Shown: one piece after another, positions 8,946-18,038 of the stretch
How the letters are laid out: each line of letters opens with the position of its first letter
Position numbering within the stretch: the first letter of the stretch is position 1
Source: a bacterium
Lineage (GTDB): Bacteria > Patescibacteriota > Minisyncoccia > Minisyncoccales > UBA10102
DNA: 48,809 bases
Direction of reading: 5' to 3'
Assembly (NCBI GenBank): GCA_027624865.1
Contig: JAQBTT010000002.1
Span: 1-48,809 of the forward strand
Program-made: the position numbers and the translations under genes
The notes under the pieces: model-generated
Database searches by the model: none
Told to the model about the DNA's origin: nothing
The model's input: the letters and a program-made list of their open reading frames with translations, nothing else

Positions 8946-10220
8946 TCAAGATATCCTCGTTATATCTGCTCCCAGTTTTTGTAATCGCTCCTCTATTCTC
9001 TCATATCCTCGGTCTACTTGATAGATGTTGCTGATGGTACTTTTTCCTTCTGCCATGAGAGCTGCCATGATAAGGGCTGCTCCTCCTCGCAAATCAAATG
9101 TACCAAGGTCGTTCCCTCTCAGCTTTGTTGGTCCATTAATAATCGCTCGGTGTGGATCAGTGAAATAAATTTCAGCTCCCATCTTGTTTAACTCCTCTAA
9201 ATACTTTAACCTTCCCTCATATAGTGGATCATGCAAGAGCGTAGAACCTTTTGTTTGGGTAGCAAGTACCCCAAGTACTGATTGCAAGTCAGATGGAATA
9301 CCAGGGTAAATTAAGCTTTGGATTTTATCTATCTTTAAATTGCGCGCTGGCAAAACCATAACATCGCCCATACCGCCTCTCCCTTCTTTCACTTCAAACT
9401 CAGCACCAAAGTCCTTTAGCTTCTTGAAAAAAAACTGCAAAAACTTTAAAGGAACATTTTTTACCAGTACTTTTCCTTGGGTTCCAATTGCCATAGTAAT
9501 AAAGGTGGCAGCCTCAATGGGATCGGAAATAATAGTGTGGGAAAATCCTTTCAAGCTCTTCTTCCCTTCAATTGTTATCTCATGAAGCCCAGAAACCCTT
9601 ATCCACGCCCCCATTTTTTTCAGTGCTAGCATTAACTCTTGCACCTGGTAATCCATGTCTGCAATTTTAATTACGATACGCTCTGATTGAGACGCACAAA
9701 AAAGGAGGAGGTTCTCTGTCCCCGTAACAGAAAACTCATTTAAAATAACCGCCTTATTCTTTGGCTTCCCTGAAAACTTCAATTCAAAGCCTTGGCGCAT
9801 AGGCCTTATTACAACACCTAGCTGACCGAAAGCATCCAAATGAGTATCTATTGGGCGTGCTCCAATAATGTCTCCTCCGGGCTTAGGAAGATATATCTTT
9901 TTAAATCTTGCTAGAAGTGGTCCATACAAAAGTACAGACCCTCGAAATCGCAACATAGCCTCTTTATTAATAGTGGCAGGGTTTAAGTTCTTTGTATTAA
10001 TTTTTACACTTCGCTTCCCCATCCATTCAACCTTGGCCTTCATACTTTCTAAGATTTCTAGCATACGAAAAACATCCTCAATTAAAGGAAGGTTTTTAAT
10101 GATGCAATCTTGTTTGGTAAGAATAGTAGCGGCTAAAATTGGAAAAGCGGCATTTTTTGCCCCCATTACATCAATCTCACCCTCTAGGCGATTTCCGCCA
10201 CGAATAAGGAATTTCTCCAT
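8946..10220 (-). CDS. murA: UDP-N-acetylglucosamine 1-carboxyvinyltransferase
   Basis: GAKNAA, PGGDIIGARPID (Asp at the catalytic Cys position), DLRGGAAL, DRGYE. Confidence 0.95.
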   Translation of the reverse strand: MEKFLIRGGNRLEGEIDVMGAKNAAFPILAATILTKQDCIIKNLPLIEDVFRMLEILESMKAKVEWMGKRSVKINTKNLNPATINKEAMLRFRGSVLLYGPLLARFKKIYLPKPGGDIIGARPIDTHLDAFGQLGVVIRPMRQGFELKFSGKPKNKAVILNEFSVTGTENLLLFCASQSERIVIKIADMDYQVQELMLALKKMGAWIRVSGLHEITIEGKKSLKGFSHTIISDPIEAATFITMAIGTQGKVLVKNVPLKFLQFFFKKLKDFGAEFEVKEGRGGMGDVMVLPARNLKIDKIQSLIYPGIPSDLQSVLGVLATQTKGSTLLHDPLYEGRLKYLEELNKMGAEIYFTDPHRAIINGPTKLRGNDLGTFDLRGGAALIMAALMAEGKSTISNIYQVDRGYERIEERLQKLGADITRIS

Positions 10221-10308
10221 AAAGTATTTCCTCTATCCTACCAAAATCTCACCATTTTGCAATAAAAATCAAAATCCGCACAACCAAATAAAAAACTAAG
10301 CCCACCTA

Positions 10309-10341
10309 AAAATATTCTATGAACTGTTCATAGAATATTTT
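10309..10341. promoter_or_regulatory. perfect palindrome, candidate operator
   Basis: aaaatattctatgaac-T-gttcatagaatatttt, 16-bp arms, upstream of the murA promoter region. Confidence 0.55.
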
Positions 10342-10353
10342 AACTGACAACAC

Positions 10354-10863
10354 TTATCTCTTCCGGGATGGGGTATGACGGATTGCTTGTTTCGTAAACT
10401 CCTTGCTATCTCGTTCTTGTTTTGCCTCCACTTCCTCTAAAATATTGAAAAGAAGAAATGGAAGCGGATAACGCTTTTTGACGCGCTCAAACTCACTTTC
10501 GCTTCTTGGGATCTTGGACTTTTCTTTCTGAATTCGTTTTTTTCGTTGGGTAAGAAGTCGATTGGCAACAATTTGATACCCACGCCCCCCGCCTTCTCTC
10601 TGAAATTTTCTTCGAACGGCAGTTACTGTTCCCATTCCGGTACCAGTTAGTTCTTGGATTTTTTGAGAAGAAAATCCAGCAGAGAGTAGCACAGCTATCT
10701 CTATTCTTCGCATGAACATTGCAATCTCGTCTGGGGCGAGCAAATCACGAAAAAACTCTCGCACTTCTTCTCGGGACTTCAGACAATGAACTGCATCGTA
10801 AAACTCTCCGATAAGCTGGATGCGCTGTTCCTTGGGAAGATTGTTTAAAGAGAATCTTGCCAT
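10354..10863 (-). CDS. YerC/YecD TrpR-related HTH protein
   Basis: 'LKSREEVREFFRDLLAPDEIAMFMRRIEIAVLL...IQELTGTG..TVTAVRR...GYQ' TrpR-like pattern. Confidence 0.85.
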   Translation of the reverse strand: MARFSLNNLPKEQRIQLIGEFYDAVHCLKSREEVREFFRDLLAPDEIAMFMRRIEIAVLLSAGFSSQKIQELTGTGMGTVTAVRRKFQREGGGRGYQIVANRLLTQRKKRIQKEKSKIPRSESEFERVKKRYPLPFLLFNILEEVEAKQERDSKEFTKQAIRHTPSRKR

Positions 10864-10937
10864 AGTACAAAAGTATTAAAATTGATGAAATGTTAAACGA
10901 CCTTGTAAAACTACCCTCACTATATCTTGCCATCCTA

Positions 10938-10968
10938 AATATATCAATGAACTGTTCATTGATATATT
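10938..10968. promoter_or_regulatory. perfect palindrome, candidate operator
   Basis: aatatatcaatgaac-T-gttcattgatatatt, 15-bp arms; same ATGAACTGTTCAT core as 10309-10341. Confidence 0.55.
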
Positions 10969-11027
10969 CAAGTTATGGCATTGTTTGGCAGGGTTTATTA
11001 GGACTATCATGCTACTTTTTACAATGT

Positions 11028-11075
11028 AAAAAAAGGCGCTAGATTCTTCTTTTAGAGAAAGAAGAATCTAGCGCC
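11028..11075 (-). terminator. rho-independent terminator
   Basis: 18-bp perfect stem followed by a T-tract on the minus strand. Confidence 0.75.
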
Positions 11076-11094
11076 ATGACTCTCATATGCCCGT

Positions 11095-11823
11095 CTATAG
11101 CTGGCCAAGAAGCTTGAGGATTCGCTGATAAGCGTTCTCCAACTGCTCTCGATGGCGCGGAGTTTCTGGGTCCAGAATACACTGTTCCGCCCAGCAAAAA
11201 TACGAATCGCGAGCTGCTTCAAGCGCACCTTGTTTATCCAATAGCTGTTCAAAGACACAAGAGCGCCAGAAGTGTAACGCGCCGCGGTGATGCCAGTTGC
11301 GGTCGATACCGTATCGGACTTTTGCCATGTCCAGAAAACCAAGAGCCAGAACCAAATCGGAACTATCCTGCGGCTTTGCAAGAAAGAAGCGTCCGGCATT
11401 GTGACAAAGATTTGCCACCTCAACCATAGATTCTGTAAAGCGTGAAACGGCAAGGACAACTTCGCTGTGGGGAATGGTGCTGTCTGCGTCCCGTGCCCGA
11501 ATGACAAGTGCATTCTGGACATTCACCAGGTCTCCCAACTCATTGGCAAGTTCCTGGATTAGCATATCATCCTTGTCCCGATAGGCAGCAAGATACAGCA
11601 AACCTTCTCGGGCGAACGTTACAGGGCCGGCGGCCACAAACCACTCTCGCGCAGTTTCGTATTCGCCCTTACGGTAATGACACCAACCGCCGAGCGCATG
11701 AAGCTCTCCGATCTCCGGATCGCCTTGGGCGCACACGGCTAGCTCTTGCCCTACTGCTTCCAGACAGCGATCAAACTCGCCATTGTCATAGTAATCATTA
11801 CGTAATTGTACCGCTGTTGCCAT
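11095..11823 (-). CDS. TPR-like hypothetical protein (GC-richer, likely acquired)
   Basis: 242 aa, TPR-like helices (LGGWCHYRKGEYETAREWF), GAGGAG RBS, own terminator. Confidence 0.7.
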   Translation of the reverse strand: MATAVQLRNDYYDNGEFDRCLEAVGQELAVCAQGDPEIGELHALGGWCHYRKGEYETAREWFVAAGPVTFAREGLLYLAAYRDKDDMLIQELANELGDLVNVQNALVIRARDADSTIPHSEVVLAVSRFTESMVEVANLCHNAGRFFLAKPQDSSDLVLALGFLDMAKVRYGIDRNWHHRGALHFWRSCVFEQLLDKQGALEAARDSYFCWAEQCILDPETPRHREQLENAYQRILKLLGQL

Positions 11824-11914
11824 AAGAGAACTCCTCGGGAAAGATAAAGAACTATACCTGCTGTTTTCATACCCCAGATTTTCTTTTTTGTCAAAGTGCG
11901 CTATAATGTGTCGT

Positions 11915-13306
11915 ATGACTAAACGTCAGCGTACATTACTGTTTTCCTCGCTCCTTGGTCTTTTTTTTATTCTAGCTCCCTCATTTGCTCTGTATTCACA
12001 AGGATATCGGATTGATTTTCAAGGAGCAAGAATAGCAAAGACAGGTGCTTTTTATTTTAAAGTAGCCCCCTCAAGAGCAGATGTCTTTATTGATGGAAAT
12101 TTAATGAAAAAAACGGATTTCCTCTTTGGTTCTTTGCTTACAAAAAACTTCTTCCCTGAAAGTTACTTCGTTGAGATTGTAAAGGAAGGGTATCACTCCT
12201 GGCAAAAAATCCTTACTATAGAGGAGCAGCAAGTTACCGAAGCAAAGAATATTTTGTTGTTTAAGAAGAACCCTGCATTTCAAAAGCTTGCAGATGGGGT
12301 TTTACATTTTTGGATTTCTCCAAGTAAGCAATATGCAATATTAGAGAAAGCGGGAGAGAAGAAAATGCAATTGCTCAATCTTGAAACTGGGGGCACGGAG
12401 CCCTTGAAAAGAGAAGCACACAAGGGAGATAAGATTATTAATATTACATGGGCAAAGGATTCACGCCGATTCCTGCTTCGCGCCACCAGCAAAGAACAAC
12501 TCATTTACGAGGTTTGGAATATCTCAAATAATAAGCCTTGCTTTCTTATCCCTTGCAGTCTTACATATCTTGGGGAGGATATAGGAAACGTGCAATTTTC
12601 TCCAACATCACCAGAAGAGGTACTCTTCACTAAATTTCTCAATACAACGCAGGTATTGCTTACAGCGCCATACATAGAGCAAGAAATAGCAACTCCAATT
12701 GCAAATAATATTGTAGCTTTTACTAGTTATGGAGATTTTATCTTTTGGCTCGCTAGCGATGGTACACTTTGGCAGAAAGATAGTAATGGAGGTAGCGCAC
12801 CACAAATTTTTCAAGAATCAGCTTTTTTACCAAAAAAAGAAACTGATTATGAATTGAAAGTTGTTGGCGATGCTATATTAGTAAAAGAAGATACGACACT
12901 ATTTTTGCATAAGAGAGGTGACTTGAAGCGACGTGAAATCCTTTCACCTGTCTTTGAATTTGCCATTGATTCAGGTGGCACTAAAGTGGCGCTTTACAAT
13001 CAATCGGAACTATGGGTACTCTTTTTAAAGGAAGAGACAGAGCAGCCACAGCATAATGCAGGAGAGCTAACTTTGCTTACGCGATTTGCGCAATCCCCAA
13101 AACAGATTACCTGGATTGATTCCTCCTACCTTCTCTTCAGCTTAGAGAATATATTGCGTAACGTTGAAATTGACATAAGAGGCAGTCTAAACGTTGTAGA
13201 TATTGCCTCATTCCCCTCTCCAGAATTCTTTTGGAACAACGAAAAAGGCACCCTCTATATCTTAAGCAAGGGTGCCTTCTCTGTTTCCGAACAACTCGTA
13301 CGCTAG
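11915..13306 (+). CDS. PEGA-domain membrane-anchored protein
   Basis: TM helix, YSQGYR.D...TG..., P..ADVFIDG, Y.V.I.KEGY..WQK; start placed at ATG 11915, 7 nt after TATAAT. Confidence 0.8.
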   Translation: MTKRQRTLLFSSLLGLFFILAPSFALYSQGYRIDFQGARIAKTGAFYFKVAPSRADVFIDGNLMKKTDFLFGSLLTKNFFPESYFVEIVKEGYHSWQKILTIEEQQVTEAKNILLFKKNPAFQKLADGVLHFWISPSKQYAILEKAGEKKMQLLNLETGGTEPLKREAHKGDKIINITWAKDSRRFLLRATSKEQLIYEVWNISNNKPCFLIPCSLTYLGEDIGNVQFSPTSPEEVLFTKFLNTTQVLLTAPYIEQEIATPIANNIVAFTSYGDFIFWLASDGTLWQKDSNGGSAPQIFQESAFLPKKETDYELKVVGDAILVKEDTTLFLHKRGDLKRREILSPVFEFAIDSGGTKVALYNQSELWVLFLKEETEQPQHNAGELTLLTRFAQSPKQITWIDSSYLLFSLENILRNVEIDIRGSLNVVDIASFPSPEFFWNNEKGTLYILSKGAFSVSEQLVR

Positions 13307-13307
13307 G

Positions 13308-13584
13308 TTACCGTTTCCTCCAATGCCGAGTCGCTTGGCTCCATTAAAATGTTCGCCTGCGCTCCTTAAAACCCCTCGGTTTTAATATTTCCGCCACGGG
13401 AAAGAATACTTCTCTCCCGACCCCTCTCTAGACAGTGTCGAAAGCTATCGCTTCCTCCACTGTCTAGTCGCTTGGCTCCATTAAAATGTTCGCCTGCGCT
13501 CCTTAAAACCCCTCGGTTTTAATATTTCCGCCACGGGGAGATACCCAATCTCCCCGACCCCCTCTGTGCAGACAGTGTCAGAAA
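13308..13584. mobile_element. two tandem family H elements with orphan rpsI 3' ends
   Basis: Near-identical ~100-bp cores at 13329-13429 and 13466-13567; orphan RHWRKR* (13308-13328) and RQWRKR* (13445-13465). Confidence 0.85.
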
Positions 13585-14070
13585 CTACCGTTTCCTCCAC
13601 TGTCTTGCTCTTCGAGCTCTTTTGAGTCCAAACTTCTTACGCTCGCGCATACGAGGATCTCTTGTGAGGAACTTTAGAGTTTTCATAGAGTCTCGCATCG
13701 CGGCGTCCCATTCTACGAGAACACGGGCCAACCCATGACGCACTGCCTCTGCTTGTGCTCTCATTCCACCACCGCGTACAACAATGCTTACATCAAATGT
13801 TTTTCCATCAGCCCCTCTTTCAAGGGCCTCCTTTGCGATAACCTGATACTCTTTGTCCTGAAAGTAGTCTTCAAAAGATTTTTGATTTACAACAAAACTA
13901 GTTTTCTTTGCATCCTTAATACGTATCCTGGCGACAGCAGTCTTTCTTCGCCCTGTTGCTTGCCAATATTTCCCCTCCACTTTTTTGGAAATTTCTTTTG
14001 CGCCAGCAAGAGCTTTAGCTTTTACTGCTTTTGGGGGATTTTTCTTTTTTACGATTTCTTTTTCTGCCAT
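13585..14070 (-). CDS. rpsI: 30S ribosomal protein S9
   Basis: TGRRKTAVAR, GGG..AQAEAVRHG, LTRDPRMRERKKFGL; Lys-rich N-terminal extension. Confidence 0.96.
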   Translation of the reverse strand: MAEKEIVKKKNPPKAVKAKALAGAKEISKKVEGKYWQATGRRKTAVARIRIKDAKKTSFVVNQKSFEDYFQDKEYQVIAKEALERGADGKTFDVSIVVRGGGMRAQAEAVRHGLARVLVEWDAAMRDSMKTLKFLTRDPRMRERKKFGLKRARRARQWRKR

Positions 14071-14074
14071 GGTA

Positions 14075-14428
14075 TTACAGCTCAATCTTCAGTCTCGTTA
14101 TTTGTCTTGCTCGTAATTTGTTTATAGGCATCATCCCATATACTGCTTTTCGCAATACCTCTTCGGGTTGCTCATCAAAAAACTTTTTCAGTGTGCGCTC
14201 TTTCAAACTTCCCAAGTATCCTGAATGCCGGAAATACTGCTTTTGATCAAGCTTTTTTCCAGTAAAATGAATTCTTTTGAAGTTTTGAACTGTCACAAAA
14301 TCCCCTACATCTTTGTGCGGAGCAAAATCCCCTTTCGTTCTTCCACGAAGAAGGTTTGCAACTTCCACTGCCAAGCGTCCCAATGGACGTCCCTGTGCAT
14401 TTATAATATGATTTTCACGTTGCTCCAT
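14075..14428 (-). CDS. rplM: 50S ribosomal protein L13
   Basis: LGRLA, HSGYLG, AVYGMMP. Confidence 0.96.
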   Translation of the reverse strand: MEQRENHIINAQGRPLGRLAVEVANLLRGRTKGDFAPHKDVGDFVTVQNFKRIHFTGKKLDQKQYFRHSGYLGSLKERTLKKFFDEQPEEVLRKAVYGMMPINKLRARQITRLKIEL

Positions 14429-14434
14429 GATAGA

Positions 14435-14782
14435 TTATACAAGTTCAATAATTGCAAGTTTAGCTGAGTCTGATTTTCGTGGTCTGCGCTTTATAATTCG
14501 GGTGTATCCTCCTTGCCTCGCCATGTACCGCGGTGCTACCTCATCTACGAGTTTCTTTGCTCCCTCTTCTCCCAGGAGCGCTGTTAAATACCTTCTGTGA
14601 GCAACGCCACCTATCTTTGCTCTTGTAATGATCTTTTCCGCTAAAGGAGAGATATCCTTTGCCTTTGCCTCTGTTGTTTCAATCTTTTCTGCAAGTATTA
14701 AAGAACGGAGCAAGCTTCTCTGCAATGCTTTCCTTGGTCCCGCCTTGCGAGACAGTGTTCTTTTTTTAACTCGCTTTTTCAC
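14435..14782 (-). CDS. rplQ: 50S ribosomal protein L17 (GTG start formed at element junction)
   Basis: IETTEAKAK, RQGGYTRIIK. Confidence 0.95.
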   Translation of the reverse strand: MKKRVKKRTLSRKAGPRKALQRSLLRSLILAEKIETTEAKAKDISPLAEKIITRAKIGGVAHRRYLTALLGEEGAKKLVDEVAPRYMARQGGYTRIIKRRPRKSDSAKLAIIELV

Positions 14783-14916
14783 CCCAGTACTAGAAATTAG
14801 ACTTCTCCAGAAGTGCGATATATGCGACCATTGTTGATGTTTTGCTTGATGATTTCATAATAGATTAAATGTTATATTTTTGCGAGAGACAGCACTGTCT
14901 AATTTTCAGTACGGGG
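14782..14916. mobile_element. non-autonomous TIR element (subfamily D) at the rplQ start
   Basis: ccccagtactagaaattagac / gtctaattttcagtacgggg ends; TTCA direct repeats at 14778-14781 and 14917-14920; homologous to 31398-31597. Confidence 0.85.
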
Positions 14917-14964
14917 TTCATTAATTTTCTTTAAAAATCAAGGTTCTTGCCATAGGCAAGGTTC

Positions 14965-15744
14965 TTATTTCTTCTTTGCGGTCTTTTTTGCTGCTGGCTT
15001 CTTTTTTACAGGAACTTTCTTTGCTTTTTGCTTTTTTTCTTCTGCTGGCTCACCCACGTCATCTTTCAAGCCACTTTGAACGATTTGGAATTGACCTACA
15101 AGAATACCTGAAGCTTCTTTTAGAGCAGCTTCTGGATTTACCGTACCATCAGTTTCAATCTCCAAGATAAGGCGATCAAAGTCAGTTCTATCTCCAACAC
15201 GCATTTGCTCTACGCGATAGCTCACTCTCCTTATTGGAGTGTAGATAGAATCCATAGCAATGCTCCCAATTTCTGTCTTGCCTCTCCCGCGACTTTCTGC
15301 TGACTCATACCCTACACCTCGGCCAATTTGTACCTCAATATCAAGCTCAGATGCTTTATCAGTGAGACTTGCAACGGGAGCATCTTTACTTGCAACTTCA
15401 ACCTGACTTGGAGTCTTAAAGTCTCTTGCTGTCACCACTTTTACTCCCTTTATTTTCAATGATGCGGTAAATGGACCATCTCCAAATACTCGAAAACGAA
15501 CCTGCTTTAAGTTTAAAAGAATCCCAAGGACATCTTCCTTAATGCCAGAGATTGTTGCAAACTCATGAGAAGCTCCTTTTATCTTTACCTCAGTGATAGC
15601 AGCACCCCCTAAAGAAGATAAAAGAACTCTTCGCAAGCTATTCCCTAATGTTGTGCCATATCCTGGGTATAGGGATTCAATCTCAAAAACTCCTCTGTTG
15701 TCTCCGTTTGATACGATCTTTGTTGTTTTAGAAAATGGAATCAT
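14965..15744 (-). CDS. rpoA: RNA polymerase subunit alpha (NTD only, Lys-rich tail)
   Basis: GYGTTLGNSLRRVLLSS, HEF, RTDFDRLILEIETDG; no alpha-CTD sequence visible. Confidence 0.95.
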   Translation of the reverse strand: MIPFSKTTKIVSNGDNRGVFEIESLYPGYGTTLGNSLRRVLLSSLGGAAITEVKIKGASHEFATISGIKEDVLGILLNLKQVRFRVFGDGPFTASLKIKGVKVVTARDFKTPSQVEVASKDAPVASLTDKASELDIEVQIGRGVGYESAESRGRGKTEIGSIAMDSIYTPIRRVSYRVEQMRVGDRTDFDRLILEIETDGTVNPEAALKEASGILVGQFQIVQSGLKDDVGEPAEEKKQKAKKVPVKKKPAAKKTAKKK

Positions 15745-15893
15745 GCGAAAATAAATTTATTTATTTATTTGAGCACCCCGCCCTCTATGCAGTTGGACAG
15801 AATGCTTATTTTTTACTTTTCACTCTACACTAAAACATACTTCATGCCCTTTGTAAATATGCAGAGAGGGCGGGGTAACTCGGCGCTACCTCG
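15745..15893. repeat. family B hairpin element, copy 2 (fills the rpsD-rpoA junction)
   Basis: IR at 15775-15876 plus flank gcgaaaataaatttattt..gagc shared with copies 3 and 4. Confidence 0.85.
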
Positions 15894-16418
15894 TTATCTT
15901 GAATAAAATTCAAATATTAATGATACTTCGACTGAAGGCGCAACTTGCTCAAATGAAGGAAATTGTAAAATAGTAACTTCAGGTTTTTCCTTATCAAGTG
16001 TCATCCATGCGGGAGCCTCATACTTCTTCATCCCAAGCAATGTGTTCTTAAATAAAGTTCTTTGGAGTGATGCTGTGCGAACGGTAATAACATCCCCTTT
16101 CTTTACTTCATAGGAAGGAATATCCACCTTCTTGCCATTTACCTTAAAATGACCGTGCGTGACCATTTGACGAGATTGCTTGCGCGTTGGGGCAAAGCCA
16201 GCGCGATACACAACGTTATCTAATCTTCGCTCAAGTTTCTGCAAAAAAAGCTCTGGAGAATCGCCATGGGCGCTCTTTTCCAATGCTGCCTTAACATACC
16301 CCTTAAACTGCTTTTCTCGAAGGTTATACTGACCTTTTAAGTCCTGCTTCTCTGCAAGTTGCTTTCCATATTCAGACTGCGGGCTAGGCCGTCGTTTTCG
16401 CATTACTCCCTTTTGCAT
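15894..16418 (-). CDS. rpsD: 30S ribosomal protein S4 (N-terminally short)
   Basis: SEYGKQLAEKQ, LERRLDNVVYRAG, HGHFKVNG, EFYSR. Confidence 0.95.
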   Translation of the reverse strand: MQKGVMRKRRPSPQSEYGKQLAEKQDLKGQYNLREKQFKGYVKAALEKSAHGDSPELFLQKLERRLDNVVYRAGFAPTRKQSRQMVTHGHFKVNGKKVDIPSYEVKKGDVITVRTASLQRTLFKNTLLGMKKYEAPAWMTLDKEKPEVTILQFPSFEQVAPSVEVSLIFEFYSR

Positions 16419-16427
16419 ATGTATAGG

Positions 16428-16856
16428 TTACACTCTTCTTACTTTTTTCTTTCGTGGTCCATTATGTGGGATTGGTGTTAAATCTAAAATGGTCTGGATT
16501 TCAAAACCTCTTGCTCCCAATGAGCGCAATGCAGACTCTCTTCCTGGGCCAATGCCTCGCAAAGTAATAGTAACCTTCTCTACCCCTCGCGCCTTTGCAA
16601 CATCTGCCAAGGATTCTGCTACCTTGGAAGCTGCAAATGGTGTAGACTTTTTTGTTCCCTTAAATCCAACTGTGCCAGCTGATGTACTATACACAACATT
16701 CCCCTGTGTGTCGGCTAAAGCAATAATAGTGTTGTTGTATGAGGAGAAGATATTTATCCTACCCTCAAGAAACGTACGCCCCTTTGCTGGAATACGCACT
16801 GCTGTGGCATTTGAGCCAGAACTACCTCCTTTTTTAATAACTCGTTTCTTTCCCAT
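16428..16856 (-). CDS. rpsK: 30S ribosomal protein S11
   Basis: SYNNT, GFKGTKKSTPFAA, TPIPHNG. Confidence 0.97.
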   Translation of the reverse strand: MGKKRVIKKGGSSGSNATAVRIPAKGRTFLEGRINIFSSYNNTIIALADTQGNVVYSTSAGTVGFKGTKKSTPFAASKVAESLADVAKARGVEKVTITLRGIGPGRESALRSLGARGFEIQTILDLTPIPHNGPRKKKVRRV

Positions 16857-16861
16857 AATGC

Positions 16862-17008
16862 TTTTACTTCGTAAAAGAAACTCGAAATTCGAATATCGAA
16901 ATACGAAACAAATTAGAAATTCTAAATTCTAATTTTCTAACCTGTTTTGAATTTTGTATTTTGGTCATTAGTATTTGTTTAGGATTTCGGATTTCGTGCT
17001 TCGGATTT
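16862..17008. repeat. heptamer-repeat quasi-palindrome
   Basis: cgaaatt/cgaatat units on the left, ggatttc units on the right; homologous to 44174-44313. Confidence 0.8.
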
Positions 17009-17015
17009 CCCACCG

Positions 17016-17405
17016 TTAGGTGGGGCTTGCTGCTGCTTTCTTTCCAGAACCAACTGTTTTTCGAACATTTCCACGAACGGTTCTTGTATTCGTACTGGTA
17101 CGTTGCCCTCTCACTGGAAGCCTCTTTTGATGGCGCATTCCACGCCATGAACCAATGTCTCGAAGACGCTTTACGTGCATCATTACCACTCGACGTAAGT
17201 CTCCTTCAATAACAAAGTCTTTTTCAAGGGCCGCGCGAAGCTTTGTGAGCTCTTCTGCAGTTAACTCCCCTGCTTTCTTTTCAGGACTAATCTTTGCCAA
17301 TTGTAAAATACGCTCACTACTTTTAATGCCAACACCGTATATATAGGTTAAGGCAAATTTAATTTGTTTTTTTTCTGGAATATTTATTCCTGCAACTCTT
17401 GGCAT
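17016..17405 (-). CDS. rpsM: 30S ribosomal protein S13
   Basis: ALTYIYGVG, EGDLRR, LPVRGQRT. Confidence 0.97.
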   Translation of the reverse strand: MPRVAGINIPEKKQIKFALTYIYGVGIKSSERILQLAKISPEKKAGELTAEELTKLRAALEKDFVIEGDLRRVVMMHVKRLRDIGSWRGMRHQKRLPVRGQRTSTNTRTVRGNVRKTVGSGKKAAASPT

Positions 17406-17459
17406 AGTATTTTTACTTCGTAAAAGAATTTCTAATTTCTAAACCCTAGTTTCTAAATA

Positions 17460-17647
17460 GAAGGTTGGAATACTATTTTTCTGGAAGCTCTCGGAGGCAG
17501 TTTTGCCCGCCTGCAACGCTTGATGCGTAGCATCTGCGGGCAGGCATGGTCCGCCGATGAGGCGGAAAACTGCCGAGAGTGCAACTCCCAAAATCCAGCT
17601 GGGGATTTTGAGGGGCGGTTCCTAAGAAAATATAGTATCCAAGCTTC
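17460..17647. repeat. family A structured element, copy 1, with a nested 38-bp palindrome
   Basis: Homologous to 33165-33315 and 46675-46829; extra insert at 17506-17543. Confidence 0.85.
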
Positions 17648-17764
17648 CTATCCCTGCCTCTGTTTATGCTTTGGATTCTTCTTGCATGTAACAAACAGCA
17701 CCCTTTCTCGCTTTACGATTGTGCAGTCTTTACATATCCTCTTTATGGTTGAACGAACCTTCAT
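17648..17764 (-). CDS. rpmJ: 50S ribosomal protein L36 (missing from the ORF track)
   Basis: Manual translation [38 protein letters not shown]. Confidence 0.97.
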   Translation of the reverse strand: MKVRSTIKRICKDCTIVKRERVLFVTCKKNPKHKQRQG

Positions 17765-17765
17765 A

Positions 17766-17990
17766 TTATTTGTTCCTATATACAATTCTTCCGCGTGTTT
17801 TATCATACGGACTCATCTCTACGGTCACTTTATCACCAGCCAAAATACGAATTCTAAATTTTCTGAGTCTTCCTGCAAGGTATGCTAGTATCTCGCTCCC
17901 ATCTTCAAGGCGTACTCGAAACTTTAAGCTTGGGAGTGTTTCAGTGACTTCTCCCTGTAATTCAATCTCCTCTGATGTGCCATTCTTCAT
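17766..17990 (-). CDS. infA: translation initiation factor IF-1
   Basis: [37 protein letters not shown]; start trimmed to ATG 17990. Confidence 0.96.
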   Translation of the reverse strand: MKNGTSEEIELQGEVTETLPSLKFRVRLEDGSEILAYLAGRLRKFRIRILAGDKVTVEMSPYDKTRGRIVYRNK

Positions 17991-18009
17991 GTAGTAATTT
18001 GCGAGTTCA

Positions 18010-18038
18010 AGTATACCAAAAAAACTTTGATTAGTCAA
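18010..18038 (-). promoter_or_regulatory. sigma70 promoter for the infA/alpha operon
   Basis: TTGACT-17 bp-TATACT on the minus strand. Confidence 0.7.

Noticed and set aside
13308..13605. CRISPR array
   Set aside because: Only two ~100-bp units, the spacers are rpsI-derived rather than unique, and there are no cas genes.
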